Assembly: GCF_006345805.1 (NCBI RefSeq)
Contig: NW_021834220.1
Location: 7,631-71,630, forward strand
DNA: 64,000 nt
Reading direction: 5' to 3'
Origin: Octopus sinensis
Taxonomy: Eukaryota
Shown piece by piece: positions 1 through 11,371 of this stretch; position 1 is the first letter of the stretch, and every line of letters begins with the position of its first letter. The position numbers and the translations under genes are program-made. Under the pieces are notes generated by a model. It worked only from the letters and a program-made list of their open reading frames with translations. It ran no database searches and had not been told where the DNA came from.

Positions 1-539
1 CCAATTCTTTACAAATTTATATACTCATTGCATTCACAGCGGAGTATTCTATTTTCATTTGCAAAGTCTCTCACTTTCTCTTTTAAGTTTTAATTCGCTA
101 TTAACGTATTTGTAATATAAAAACATTATTTATTGAATGAAAATTAAAAAAATACCCGTATAATTTTTGAACGCGGGATAGCTGTGAGTAGAGACTAGAA
201 AGTTGGGCAATTACTATTAGAAGAGAATGACAAAAAAAAAAGAAAAAAAAAGCAAAGCGTTTCCAAAAAGTAATGGAAACTTGCACCCTATTCACATATA
301 AGCATATCGCCCGGAGTGCTAACGTTTCTGCCAGCTCGCGCCCTAAAGATGATATGAATAGTAATAATATGAATAATAACATATGTTTTCTCTTTTATTT
401 TTTTTAGTTGTTTCTGTTATTTGACTGCGCCCATGTTGGGGCAACACCTTGAAGCGTTTTGTCGAACAAATCGACCCTTAGTATTTACCTCTTTTTTTTT
501 TTTAGTCAGATACTTATTCTATCGTTCTGTTTTGCAGAG

Positions 540-719
540 ATGGCTGAATGGTTAAGAAACTCGCTTTGCAAATACGTTATATCAGGGGTTCAATCCCACT
601 GCACGGTAATTTTTGGCAAATATCTTCTGTTATCATCACGTGCCAACCAATGCATTGGGAGTGAATTTTGTAGACGGAAACTGTGTGGAAACTTGTCGTA
701 TACATATATACATATATGC

Positions 720-760
<41 letters not shown>

Positions 761-1180
761 CCTTCCACCGCTTGAAAACCGGGTGCTGAGTTGTTTACGT
801 CACCGTAACTTTGCATTTCAGCAAAAAAAAAAAAATGATAGATTAAGGGGCGATTTGTTCTACAAAACTAGTGGTTCACATGACCTTTGGTGGCCCACAT
901 GACACTTGTGGGTCCATAGAAGATTTTAGTGTTAAAGTTTACGTCTAATAAATTAATTATATTTCTACAATACTTAAATATTTTTAACAATTTCTTATAC
1001 AATTCCTGGTAGTATTTTATTATACAAATATAACAAGATTTTTTAAACATAGGGTCCAGTAAAGTTAACATAGAAATCAAAGGGTCCATAAACAAAAATG
1101 GCTGAGAACCTCTAAACGAAGCGCTTCAAGGTGGTGCCCCAGCATGTCCGCAGTTCAACGATTGAAAGAGGAAAGAGCAA
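540..1180 (+). mobile_element. Family-B tRNA-derived SINE (diverged), interrupted by a hAT-like MITE remnant at ~865-1112
   Basis: A-box-like head GATGGCTGAATGG, B-box GGTTCAATCCC, GTAGACGGAAACTG, internal (TG)n, and family-B 3' end GGTGCCCCAGCATGTCCGCAG at ~1130. The insert ends in GGTCCATAAACAAAAATGGCTGAGAACCTCT, the reverse complement of a CAGGGGTTCTCA-like hAT TIR. Confidence 0.6.
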
Positions 1181-1318
1181 GATACCGGACTTGTTCACCA
1201 ATGTCTTGTTAAATGGGTGCTGGAACTAGCAGGAGGGCGGGAGAAATCTCATTTCAGGGATCTATATATTGGCTGCGAAACTGAAGAAAAAGGCGAACGA
1301 GGAATAAGGGGTATTATT

Positions 1319-1500
1319 GATAATTTCTGGCCCATAGTTCTGATGAACGATGATGAAAGATTTTGGTCAAAGTTCTAGTGAATAGGTTGGCACTTGTCCT
1401 TTGCAGTTTGGTCAGTGATGCATTGACTTGCGCGATCCTAAAGATGTCTATCAACGATAACATCCACTTTATTGCAATAGATCGTAAAAAAGCATCGCTA
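1319..1500 (+). pseudogene. L1/Tx1-like reverse transcriptase remnant
   Basis: Translates with one frameshift to DNFWPIVLMNDD / KILVKVLVNRLALVLCSLVSDALTCAILKMSINDNIHFIAIDRKKA. This resembles the NWRPITLLNxDYKILAKVLANRL...SIxDN...IDxxKA stretch of L1/Tx1 RTs. Confidence 0.6.
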
Positions 1501-1702
1501 GACTAACCATTAAGTAAAATAAGTACGTGCTTAGAGTATCAAACTAAAGGTAGGCACCACAGAAATGGTAAATTGTTGACGGTAAAAAAGAAATCACTTT
1601 AAACTTGCTAAAATGATATTCGAAGTGGTTTATACGATTGTGAGTTCATGATGCTAGAGTGAAGATCTCGTCAAGGACTTTTCATATATAAATAAAGTTG
1701 TT

Positions 1703-2033
1703 GAGACCCCTTCGGTCACGACATAGACCATAGGATTGCACCTAAAAAGTTACCCTCCCAGGCACAAGTCCGGGCAAGGTTGTTTATGGAAGACCAGCAG
1801 TCGCCCATGCATACCGGCGTCCCCTGTCCACGCCACCAGTGTTATCCAAGGGAAAGACAAAGGGGCTGATACAGCTTGGCACCTGCGACGTCGCAACTCA
1901 TTTCTACAGCTGAGTAAACTGGAGCAACGTGAAATAAAGTGTGTTGCTCAAGAACACAACACACAGCCCGGTTTGGGATTCGAACTCACAACCTCACGAT
2001 CGTAAGCTCGACGCTCTAACCATTGAACCATGT
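1703..2033 (-). mobile_element. Family-C tRNA-derived SINE, full length
   Basis: The minus strand gives A box, GGTTGTGAGTTCGAATCCC B box and TTCTTGAGCAA...CACTTTATTTCACGTTGCTCCAG core. Near-identical copies at 20445, 39733 and 53728. Confidence 0.9.
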
Positions 2034-2329
2034 AAAAGTATACAAAAATAAACATTATTTTCCATCTTACTATTAGCTTTGTTTAATTTTGAGAAATAAA
2101 AATTTCTATTTTGACTCATTATTATCTATATTTTGCATTACATATAAATAGGGGCACCAAAATCTTTTCAGGTCTTAGGGCTTCAATGGGTCCTGATCCG
2201 TCCCTGGTAAAAAGGTTGGTTACTGTTATGCTCATGTGAACTCAGATCAGTCGGAAGCTTTTGATCTGATCACCCATTGCTACTTGTTGGTTATCCTTAA
2301 AACAGCCGGTTTAAAACAGCAAATATCTC

Positions 2330-2635
2330 CTACTATAGCCTCGGGCCGACTAAACCTTATGAGTGACTTTGTTTGACGGAAACTGAAAGAAGCCCGTCGT
2401 ACATATTTTATACGTTTCAATCCAAAGGCTGTGACCATGTTAGAGCACACATAAATGTGTGTGTGTGTTTGTGTCTGTCCCCCACCACGCTTTATATGTT
2501 GATGTGTTTACGTCCCCGTAACTTATCATTTCGGCAAAAGACAATGGTAGAATATGTACCAGGCTTAAAACATAAGAAAGTACTGTTACCGATTCTTCGA
2601 GGCTGTGCCCCAGCATGCCGCAGTCTTAGCCTGTC
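2330..2635 (+). mobile_element. Family-B SINE, 5'-truncated
   Basis: CTACTATAGCCTCGGGCCGAC...GACGGAAACTGAAAGAAGCCCGTCGTA...TTTACGTCCCCGTAACTT match the other family-B copies. Confidence 0.8.
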
Positions 2636-2691
2636 AATAATGTTCCTTCTCACTCGTTTGGCGTGTGCTAGCTCTCGTACCAGTTCTTCAG

Positions 2692-2988
2692 ATTCTGGAG
2701 GTGTCGAGGGGCAACCTGTTCGAGGTGGCGCACGGCAACAGAGCCCTGTCAGCATATACAGGCCACATTTCCGCAATGTTGTCTAAGACCATGAATATCA
2801 AAGTGATGGGCATTGACCTAAATGAATACGGGAGGGTGGCCGGAGTAAACATTAACCCGATAAATCATAGGGTTTGCAGTTCTACACCTGAGGATGCAAG
2901 TCCACTCTGTTGGACAATGTTGTGGAGTGTTGGACACTTTCATGCGCATTTCATGCGCTTATCAAAACACAATAAAGTTCATAATGTG
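2692..2988 (+). CDS. Candidate internal coding exon (99 codons, phase 0-0) of an unidentified gene
   Basis: Acceptor gttcttcag|ATT and donor GTG|gtaaga. The frame is fully open (ILEVSRGNLFEVAHGNRALSAYTGHISAMLSKTMNIKVMGIDLNEYGRVAGVNINPINHRVCSSTPEDASPLCWTMLWSVGHFHAHFMRLSKHNKVHNV). Unique sequence, more GC-rich than its flanks. Confidence 0.65.
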
Positions 2989-3019
2989 GTAAGAAGCTTG
3001 CATTCCAAACACATGAGCC

Positions 3020-3208
3020 AGTACTTTCGGTGGAGGGATTAAGTCGATAACATCCACCCCAGTACTCAACTGTTACTTACTTTATCGACCCCTAAACGAT
3101 GAAAAGTAAAGTCGACCTCTGCGGAATTTGAATTCGGAATGTAAAGTCGGACGAACTGCCGTTAAACATTTTATCCGGCATGCCAACGATTCTACCAGCT
3201 CACTGCCA
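3020..3208 (-). mobile_element. Family-A SINE (diverged)
   Basis: Reverse complement of GGCAGTGAGCTGGTAGAATCGTTGGCATGCC...CCGAATTCAAATTCCGCAGAGGTCGACTTT. Confidence 0.8.
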
Positions 3209-3551
3209 TCTTAAAGTCCAGTAATATAATTGAAATTATTCATGTCAGTCACGTTGAGGGTTCGATTTGTCACTGAAGAGGTTAAGCACTTTCGGCTTGC
3301 AACAGTTTAAGTTGAAAAAATTATGGCATCGAACTAATCAGTATAGGAAGGCCATTGGAGGAAGGCCATGGATGGAAATCCGTCTTCTGACCAAACTTAG
3401 AAAAAGAAAAAAAAAAAGGGCATGTATCTTGATACATACTAACAAGTATAATCAGGCATAGTATGTCTTACGTCGGAAATTGGTTCCGAGTTGTGCGAAT
3501 TAACTAGAAAAGCGACGTAACACGATAGTCATTATTATTAATATTTCATTC

Positions 3552-4326
3552 AAGGTGGCGAGCTGGCAGTATCGTTACCACGCCGGGCGAAATGCTTAGC
3601 GGTATTTCGTCTGCCACTACGTTCTGAGTTCAAATTCCGCCGAGGTCGACTTTGCCTTTCATCCTTTCAGGGTCGATTAAATAAGTACTAGTTACGCACT
3701 GGGGTCGATGTAATCGACTTAATCCGTTTGTCTGTCCTTGTTTGTCTTCTCTGTGTTTAGCCCCTTGTGAGTAGTAAAGAAATAGGTATTTCGTCTGCCG
3801 CTACGTGCTGAGTTCAAATTCTGCCGAAGTCGACTTCGCCTTTCATCCTTTCGGGCTCGATTAAATAAGTACCAGTTTCACACTGGGGTCTATATAATCG
3901 ACTTAATCCGTTTGTCTGTCCTTGTTGTCCCCTCTGAGTATAGCCCCTTGTGGGTAGTAAAGAAATAGGTATTTCGTCTGCCGCTACGTGCTGAGTTCAA
4001 ATTCTGCCGAAGTCGACTTTGCCTTTCATCCTTTCGGGCTCGATTAAATAAGTACCAGTTTCACACTGGGGTCTATATAATCGACTTAATCCGTTTGTCT
4101 GTCCTTGTTTGTCCCCTCTGAGTATAGCCCCTTGTGGGTAGTAAAGAAATAGAAATAGGTATTTCGTCTGCCGTTACGTTCTGAGTTCAAATTACGCCGA
4201 GGTCGACTTTGCTTCTCATCCTTTTGGGGTGGATAAATTAAGTACCAGTTGCGTACTGGTGTCGATATAATCGACTGGTCCCCTCATCCAAAATTTCGGG
4301 CCTTGTGCCTAGAGTATAAAAGAATA
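3552..4326 (+). mobile_element. Family-A SINE concatemer: one head plus four tandem bodies
   Basis: Head GGTGGCGAGCTGGCAG, then ~182-bp units starting GGTATTTCGTCTGCC at ~3601, 3785, 3967 and 4157. The last unit ends in the alternative tail GGGCCTTGTGCCTAGAGTA. Confidence 0.9.
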
Positions 4327-5179
4327 ATACCAGCTTTCAAATTCGTTCTAGGTTCAAATCCCACCAGGATTGACTCTATTTCTCATAAACTTTAATACCA
4401 GTTATATATTGTGTTGTACTCTACTCATTATCAGACACCTGTACAAAATTAGCATCATACTTCATCCCCAAATTTCATCATTACTCATAAACGTCACGTC
4501 CTGTGTTCAAATTCCGTTGAGAAAAATTTCCCATTTATTATTTCTAGTGGAAAATAAAATATATTTATATATCAATATTTCACTGATACCATTACCTCAA
4601 TGAATTTATTGAATACCGTTATTAATTCTAATTCATTAATCATAAAATATAATGCAAGCAAGGCGATGACAAAAAAGTGAAATTCGATAGTTTAAAAAAA
4701 AGTATTTGGTTACAGATCCATGGGAGGCAACTCTGATAGACCTAGTTTCGATAACATTTTCTTTTCATGTAAACACAGTTATGATACCTTAAGTATTTTA
4801 TTATATGTTGCTTTAAGGCAAAATCACCATTTACGTTGCAAGCAGAAGGGATGAAGAAGCCGTGACATATCTACAAAATACTCAACCGAATAAGTGAAAT
4901 GTTTGTTGTGTGTCTAGTCAATAATCCGCATTAGTGTCAACGTAATTCTAGGTTCGAATCGTACTGAACGGTACCTTGTGTAAGAGGCAATGCCGTTTTA
5001 ATGCCTGGTTGCTATGGAAAAATTGCCTGAGGGTCCCATGGATCTAGTTTATGTATGCAGTGGCTTTTAATGGGCCCCGGTACATTGCCTTGTTTAGTAG
5101 GGGTGGTGTTGGTAGCTAAAATGCTACAAAGAGTGCGTCCTGCTTAGATTCATTAACGGCAAAATGTAGATTTTTGTTT

Positions 5180-5570
5180 TTTTCCTTGGTTTTAGTCCCT
5201 GGACAGTGGCCATAATGGAGCACCGTCTAGAATGGTCTATTCGAACAAACCGACCCATTCCCCCAGTACTTATTTTGAAAATCTGCTATTTATTCCAAAG
5301 GTCTCCTTTGCAGAGCCGCTAAGTTTCGGGGGACGCAGACAAACCCACGCCGGCCATCAAGCGGAACCGCAGACACACCCACAACGATCGACACAAAGAC
5401 ACACACACACACACACACACACATACACACACATGTATATACAACGGGTTTCTACAGTTTCCGCCTAGCAAATTTATTCAAAAAGAATGGTCGGCCCAGG
5501 GATATAGTAGAAGACTCGCGCCCAACGCACCGCGACTGAAACCGAAACCACATGGATGCTAAGTCAACAT
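5180..5570 (-). mobile_element. Family-B SINE
   Basis: Reverse copy with internal (CA)n and TTTCTACAGTTTCCGCCTA...GATATAGTAGAAGAC. Confidence 0.75.
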
Positions 5571-5959
5571 GTTAACCCCTCCCCCCCATATAGCGTCTAC
5601 CGCATAGCCATGCTTGCTGATATAAATATATTTTTTATTCTTTTCAGTTTGTTCGGCTGAGACTTTTGTCACCACTTGCTTGTAACTTCTCTCATTATTG
5701 AAGATATGGTATTCCGCCAAGATCAACTTCGCCTTTCAGCCTTTAGGGTAGATAAAATGAATACCAGTCAAATACGAAGCTAAATCAATGTTGTTATCGT
5801 GCAATGCCTGTGCAAGAAGATTTTTTTTTAAGTGAGGAAAGACTGTGCACTGAGTCAATCCCACTCACTAAGCAACAGCAGCCATAATTCGAAAAGAAGA
5901 ACAAGTCAACATCATCGGTAACCACCGAGCCGCAGGTTTTATGTCGGAGTTATCCCAGT

Positions 5960-6245
5960 TACCTGAGTTACCTTCTCCTAGAAGGATGCCCTAACAAAGG
6001 CTAGAAGTCCTTCACTCCCAATGGTTTAACCGCGCAATCGGGTATTCAGTCCGATTATTTCTATGTCCCCGCGCATGATACAGCCTTAAGACATTTATTG
6101 GATGGCCGTTGACTCTCAAGAGTTCTTCCGCCCTTTGACAGGGTTTTGTTTTTCATCCCGCAGGGTGTCCAATAAACACCCTCCTCACCAAGCAAGCTTG
6201 GTGGGGTTGCCGGTTTAGTCACCGACGACTCGACCATGCAACATA
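5960..6245. repeat. Probable interspersed repeat followed by (GA)n, unclassified
   Basis: GC-richer block (TTCATCCCGCAGGGTGTCCAATAAACACCCTCCTCACCAAGCAAGCTTGG) with no convincing ORF. I recall it as a recurrent octopus repeat, but there is only one copy in this window. Confidence 0.35.
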
Positions 6246-6250
6246 CATAC

Positions 6251-6333
<83 letters not shown>

Positions 6334-6584
6334 GATATGTGTGTTTGTGAGTGTATTTGTGCTTTTACCCACCACTTGAGTAGATGTTAATTTCAGGAAC
6401 GGCTGAGACAGAACTCGGAAACGTGACACGGTCTGGTGAAGTACTGGCTGTTACTTGTACGGAGACCCCCAAGTGGTCACATTTTTTTGCGTAGAAAGAT
6501 CAAACCAAATCTCTTTGAAGTCACAATCCATCGTAATATGACAAGACATACTCACATGCGATAATATAATTGTATTCCATTCAT

Positions 6585-7036
6585 TTCATCCATCTTCTTT
6601 GCCCACTAATCGTGGCAGTGTCATCGGGGTAGAGTCCTCAGGCATCGCCTCCATAGGGTCCTATCAGAAGCAATTTCCATCACACATTCCGGCTGCCTAG
6701 CCGCAGTTACACCTGAAAAAGTATTCCAGCAATTTTTTCTTGAAGAATTTCAGACGGTGACTTCCACAGATCGATTAGTCTATCTTCTGTCGAAGCAGTC
6801 AGCGTAAAATTAGATTGGGTATTCTAGGAGCAGTTGTGCTTCCTTCATTTCCCATCCATCCATCCATCCATCCCTTTCTCCGCCCACTATTTTTGGGAGT
6901 AGAGTGCTCAAGCACCTCCTCCATAGGACCCTATCAGAAGCAATCTTCATCACACTTTCCGGCTGGATTCTCAAATGCGACCAATTAAGACCATAGATAT
7001 TATCCAACCATGTCGTTCTTGGTCTACTCCTAGGTA
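6585..7036 (-). mobile_element. Two tandem 3' ends of an RTE-like LINE with (GGAT)n/(GAAT) tails
   Basis: The minus strand translates PRSRPRTTWLDNIYGLNWSHLRIQPESVMKIASDRVLWRRCLSTLLPK (6860-7036). A second, shorter copy of the same end lies at ~6590-6710. Confidence 0.75.
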
Positions 7037-7038
7037 CC

Positions 7039-7290
7039 TGTGGAGGCGCGTGGCTTAGTGGTTAAGGTGTTAGACACGTGATCATAAGACTGTGGTTTCG
7101 ATTCTTGGATCGGACGACGCGTTAGTGTTCTTGAGCAAAATACTTCATTTCACGTTGCTCCAGTCCACTCAGCTGGCAAAAAGAATAATCCTGCGATGGA
7201 TCGGCGTCCGTCCAGGTGAGGAATTTATACACCATGGAAACCGGAAACCGGCCCTTATGAGTCGGCATGATTCGAGAAGTTACTTTTTAC
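7039..7290 (+). mobile_element. Family-C-related SINE (variant 3' half)
   Basis: GGAGGCGCGTGGCTTAGTGG A box, GGTTTCGATTC B box, TTCTTGAGCAAAATACTTCATTTCACGTTGCTCCAG core. Confidence 0.85.
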
Positions 7291-7377
7291 CTAGGTCTCC
7301 TACCGGTTGGCTTTGTTTCAAGAATCTATCTGGCGATTCTTTCCTGCACCATTTTAATCACATGTTCCTAATACCAG

Positions 7378-7700
7378 AGCAGTGACCTCTCAATGCGGAG
7401 AAATAGCAGCTCGACCTGGAGGGACTCCTTCATGTCCGAGTTACGTCTCCTGTCCAGTAACGTTATTCCAGACACCCCTCAGAGGAACCCCATTTCAGCC
7501 GCTTTTACTTACGATTGTATTCTTTCGGTCATTACCTAACATTCAACTAAAAATCGAGGAGATAACCATGGCTGGGTTGACGTCGGTGATAGGTTTGTTC
7601 GATCGAACAAGGTTGATGTACAACAAACATTTAACACACAGCAATGTATCCTATGCTCGGGTGGCCAGTGACCAAATACTCTGGATGAAGAAGGAGGTAG
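7378..7700 (+). CDS. Candidate coding exon of an unidentified gene (5' boundary uncertain: 7378, 7459 or 7472)
   Basis: Frame open for >100 codons in unique sequence (AVTSQCGEIAARPGG...FFRSLPNIQLKIEEITMAGLTSVIGLFDRTRLMYNKHL...WMKKEV). Acceptor ttcctaataccag| and strong donor GTAG|gtgagt (alternative GAG|gtaggt). Confidence 0.5.
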
Positions 7701-8009
7701 GTGAGTAGGCAAGCAGTAGGATTTCGAATATAACATGGCGAAGAACGAAAACGAATCTCACAAATAAAACCGACGTCTAAATATCGTAAACTGAAAGGAC
7801 GGGTCCCTAGAGTACTGGAAAGATACTCTCAATTCCTCCTCTCATGGGTCGGTTGCTGAAGTTAAATTTAGAAGGCAGGAAATTCAGGGTGCTGCGGACT
7901 TCTTTTTCGTCAACTATCTTATTAGTGAACAGGGAAAGGCCACTCCAGAGTTACTTGTTCGTTGGTCACTTTCTGCACTGAGCTCTGATAATTAGTAGTG
8001 TAGATCTAG

Positions 8010-8460
8010 AGGGTCAAGTCATGACGTCATAAAATCATGGGTCACTGAATCATTGTACAATTGAGTCATTGTATAACTGAGATACAGATTCATTGGGTCG
8101 TTGATTCACTAGTCATTGGGGTCACTGGGTAATTGGGGTCACTGGGTAATAAGGGTTACTGGGTAATTGGGGTCACTCGGTCACTGAAGGTCACTGGGGC
8201 ATTGTGCCAGTATATCATCGTGTCATTGGGTTACTGGGTTATTGTGTAAGTGGGCCATTTTGGTGCAGGACCATTGCACCACTGGGTCAGTGTGTGACTT
8301 AGTTATTGGATCATTGTGCATTGTCCCACTGGGTCTTAATGTCACTAGTTCATTGTGCTTCTGAATAATTACATCACTGGGTCATTATGTGAGACCGGGT
8401 CATTTGGCCGCTGGGTCGTTGTGTTAGTGGTTTATTGGAGCGTTGTATATCTGAGTCGTC
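8010..8460. repeat. Degenerate minisatellite built on CACTGGGTCATTG-like units
   Basis: Repeated GGGTCA(C/T)T and CATTG motifs with ~9-18-nt periodicity. Confidence 0.7.
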
Positions 8461-8700
8461 ATTAAAAACCCAAGCCTCTTGTAGTAATTATATAGTTGAA
8501 AAATAAATTTCTCTTCAGATACCGCACCTTGTTTGGAACAAAAAAACGAGCTTTGACTAACCAAAAGCGGAACTTATTTACGACTTCATTTCGACACATG
8601 AGTATCCAGATGTTTAATCAACAGAACAATAAGTATCGAAAGTGGCTGAGTATTCCACAAACACCTGTACCCTTAAAGTGATTCTTAAGTAGAATCACTT

Positions 8701-8931
8701 TAAGGCGGCGAGCTGGCAGAAACGTTAGCACGCCGGGCGAAATGCGTAGCTGTATTTCGTCTGCCGTTACGTTCTGAGTTCAAATTCCGCCGAGGTCGAC
8801 TTTGCCTTTCATCCTTTCGGGGTCGATAAATTAAGTACCAGTTACGCACTGGGGTCGATGTAATCGACTTAATCCGTTTGTCTGTCCTTGTTTGTCTCCT
8901 CTGTTGTGTAGCCCTTGTGGGTAGTAAAGAA
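8701..8931 (+). mobile_element. Family-A SINE monomer with 18-bp target-site duplication
   Basis: Intact head GGCGGCGAGCTGGCAGAAACGTTAGC and B box GAGTTCAAATTCC. GATTCTTAAGTAGAATCA occurs at 8680-8697 and 8935-8952. Confidence 0.9.
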
Positions 8932-9132
8932 ACGGATTCTTAAGTAGAATCATCTTTATACATGTATGACCAGGCTGGATCACTAAATTACAGAGAAGGC
9001 TTGGGTCAACCGAAGCACTGGCAAATACATTTCTCCAATATGCTGCGCAGCGAAATCGAAATTGAGATGATAACCATGATCACGAATCGATCTTTTAAAT
9101 TATTCAGCATACATATTCTGGGCTCATGTACT

Positions 9133-9525
9133 CTTTTACTTGTTTCAGTCATTTGACTGCGGCCATGCTGGAGCACCGCCTTTAGTCGAGCAACTCGACC
9201 CCGAGACTTATTCTTTTGTAAGCCCAGTACTTATTCTATCGGTCTCTTTTGCCGAACCGCTAAGTAACGGCGACATAAATACACCAGCATCGGTTGTCAA
9301 CCAATGCTAGGAGGACAAACACAGACACACAAACACACACGCATATATATATATATATACATATATACGACGGGGTTCTTTCAGTTTCCGTCTACCAAAT
9401 CCACTCACAAGGCTTTGGTCGGTCCGAGGCTATAGTAGAAGACACTTGCCCAATGTGCCACGCAGTGGGACTAAACCCGGAACCATGTGGTTGGTTAGCA
9501 ATCTACTTACCACACAGCCACTCCT
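9133..9525 (-). mobile_element. Family-B SINE, full length
   Basis: The reverse complement starts GGAGTGGCTGTGTGGTAAG...GGTTCCGGGTTTAGTCCCAC, has an internal microsatellite, and ends GCTCCAGCATGGCCGCAGTCAAATGACTGAAACAAGTAAAAGAG. Confidence 0.92.
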
Positions 9526-9828
9526 GCCAACAACATTTTTAAAAAAGTAAAACGTTATCTGTGGAAATATACTTGCAAATCGAACATTCTCCATAACCAT
9601 TTGGTAGAAGTGGGTCCAATCCATCACTTTCTGACACCTGAGTTACAGGATTTTTCGGGAACTAAGTGACCATTTTCCCAGTACCTGGATGTATATAGTA
9701 TACTGGTGTAAGAAGCTGGTTAGAATGGTGAGGTGCACTGATCAAAACATGTTGGTGATGATTTCTCACAAACCTGTAGATGTGGGTTGCCCATCGTTGT
9801 TCTGTTTCTTTTCATTCATATATCATCT

Positions 9829-10070
<242 letters not shown>

Positions 10071-10407
10071 GCAGATCAATCTTTCGGGCTACATCATTCT
10101 AGTAGTGTAATTTCGTTAGGATGCCTTCATTTTTCTTCTTTTTTCTTTTCGCGTACAGGTGGTACAAATATCAAAGATATCCGCTTTAATATAACCACCA
10201 CCAGGCCCATGGGCGTTTATAGTGGAGTTCACTCTTTTGCCAGGATTCGAACCAGGCTTTCCGACAGGGCTTAAATGTAACCAACTTCTGTCTGTATGTC
10301 TGTCTGACTATATGAGTGTGTGTGTATGTGTGAGTGTGTGTGTGTCTTTCTCTCTTTTCGTCTCTCGCTCCTCACTTTACCATTCTCTATCTCTCTCTCT
10401 TTCTCTC

Positions 10408-10476
<69 letters not shown>

Positions 10477-11371
10477 AGTCTTTTCCTAAGTTCTCATCCT
10501 CTCTGATTTCTGTTCTCACAACACTTGATGCACCCTCACGCTTATCCCATCTCGATTCTGCCTGCACGGAGATTGAACCCGTTGCTATACTCATCTCCCT
10601 AAGCAAACTTGTTTCCTCTCCTGCATCACATCTCCAAAACGAATCTCTGTGGACCTATAACTGTCTCTACAACCTCCGGGTCATATGACCACTGACCTAT
10701 CACATACCTCTAATACACATCTATACGCTACACAATGACCCTACTCTCTGGACCCTATGGCACGATTTTTCAGAAAAACACCCGTTTTAAACCCTTCAGT
10801 ATTGGACAATTTCCCAGCATAAATTATAAAAGAAACATAAATTACAATTGAGTCACAGTTACCAATTCATTGGACATCTCTAAAATGCATGCGAAACCAA
10901 GACTACGTGATCTTGACTTATTGTTTGATCACAAGTCTTCTCATAAATCTTACAGATGATAATCCACAGATTGGTAATTCTGTAACTAATGCTAGCAAAA
11001 TTTTTATTTATCCATGCCAAAAACTAAGAATATTGAATATCGAATTCTTAAAAAATTTACTCAATATGTATTATTTATCTGTATTTTAGCATAAATAAAA
11101 AATAAAAATTAATAATAGTTTTACTTTTTTATCCGTGATTGAAGGGGGTTAAAGATAGTTATGCGTCGCAGTAGACATGTCCCGTTCCTGTGCCAGCAAG
11201 AAAAGCTGGAAGGCTGATTGACACATCTTACATCAGACATATAGGGAAGTATCCACGTCTCAAGATCGGATTGCGCAGGTTGAATCTCACTTAAGAAAAC
11301 TGTTTAACGCAAACCCTGCAGCGCTGAGGATTGATTTTCATAGCCGCTTGAGGGCGTCACGCTCTTCATCA

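Noticed and set aside
2692-2830. Methyltransferase-like reading of ILEV...GHISAML...KVMGID
   Set aside because: It lacks the Gly-rich motif I (ExGxGxG) at the right spacing. The resemblance is superficial.
3601-4150. Regular direct repeats that could suggest CRISPR or a satellite
   Set aside because: The units are whole ~182-bp SINE bodies with no unique spacers, in a eukaryotic context.
7793-7996. ~67-codon open frame DGSLEYWKDTLN...SALSSDN*
   Set aside because: No pyrimidine-rich acceptor and no start codon, so it cannot be supported as an exon.
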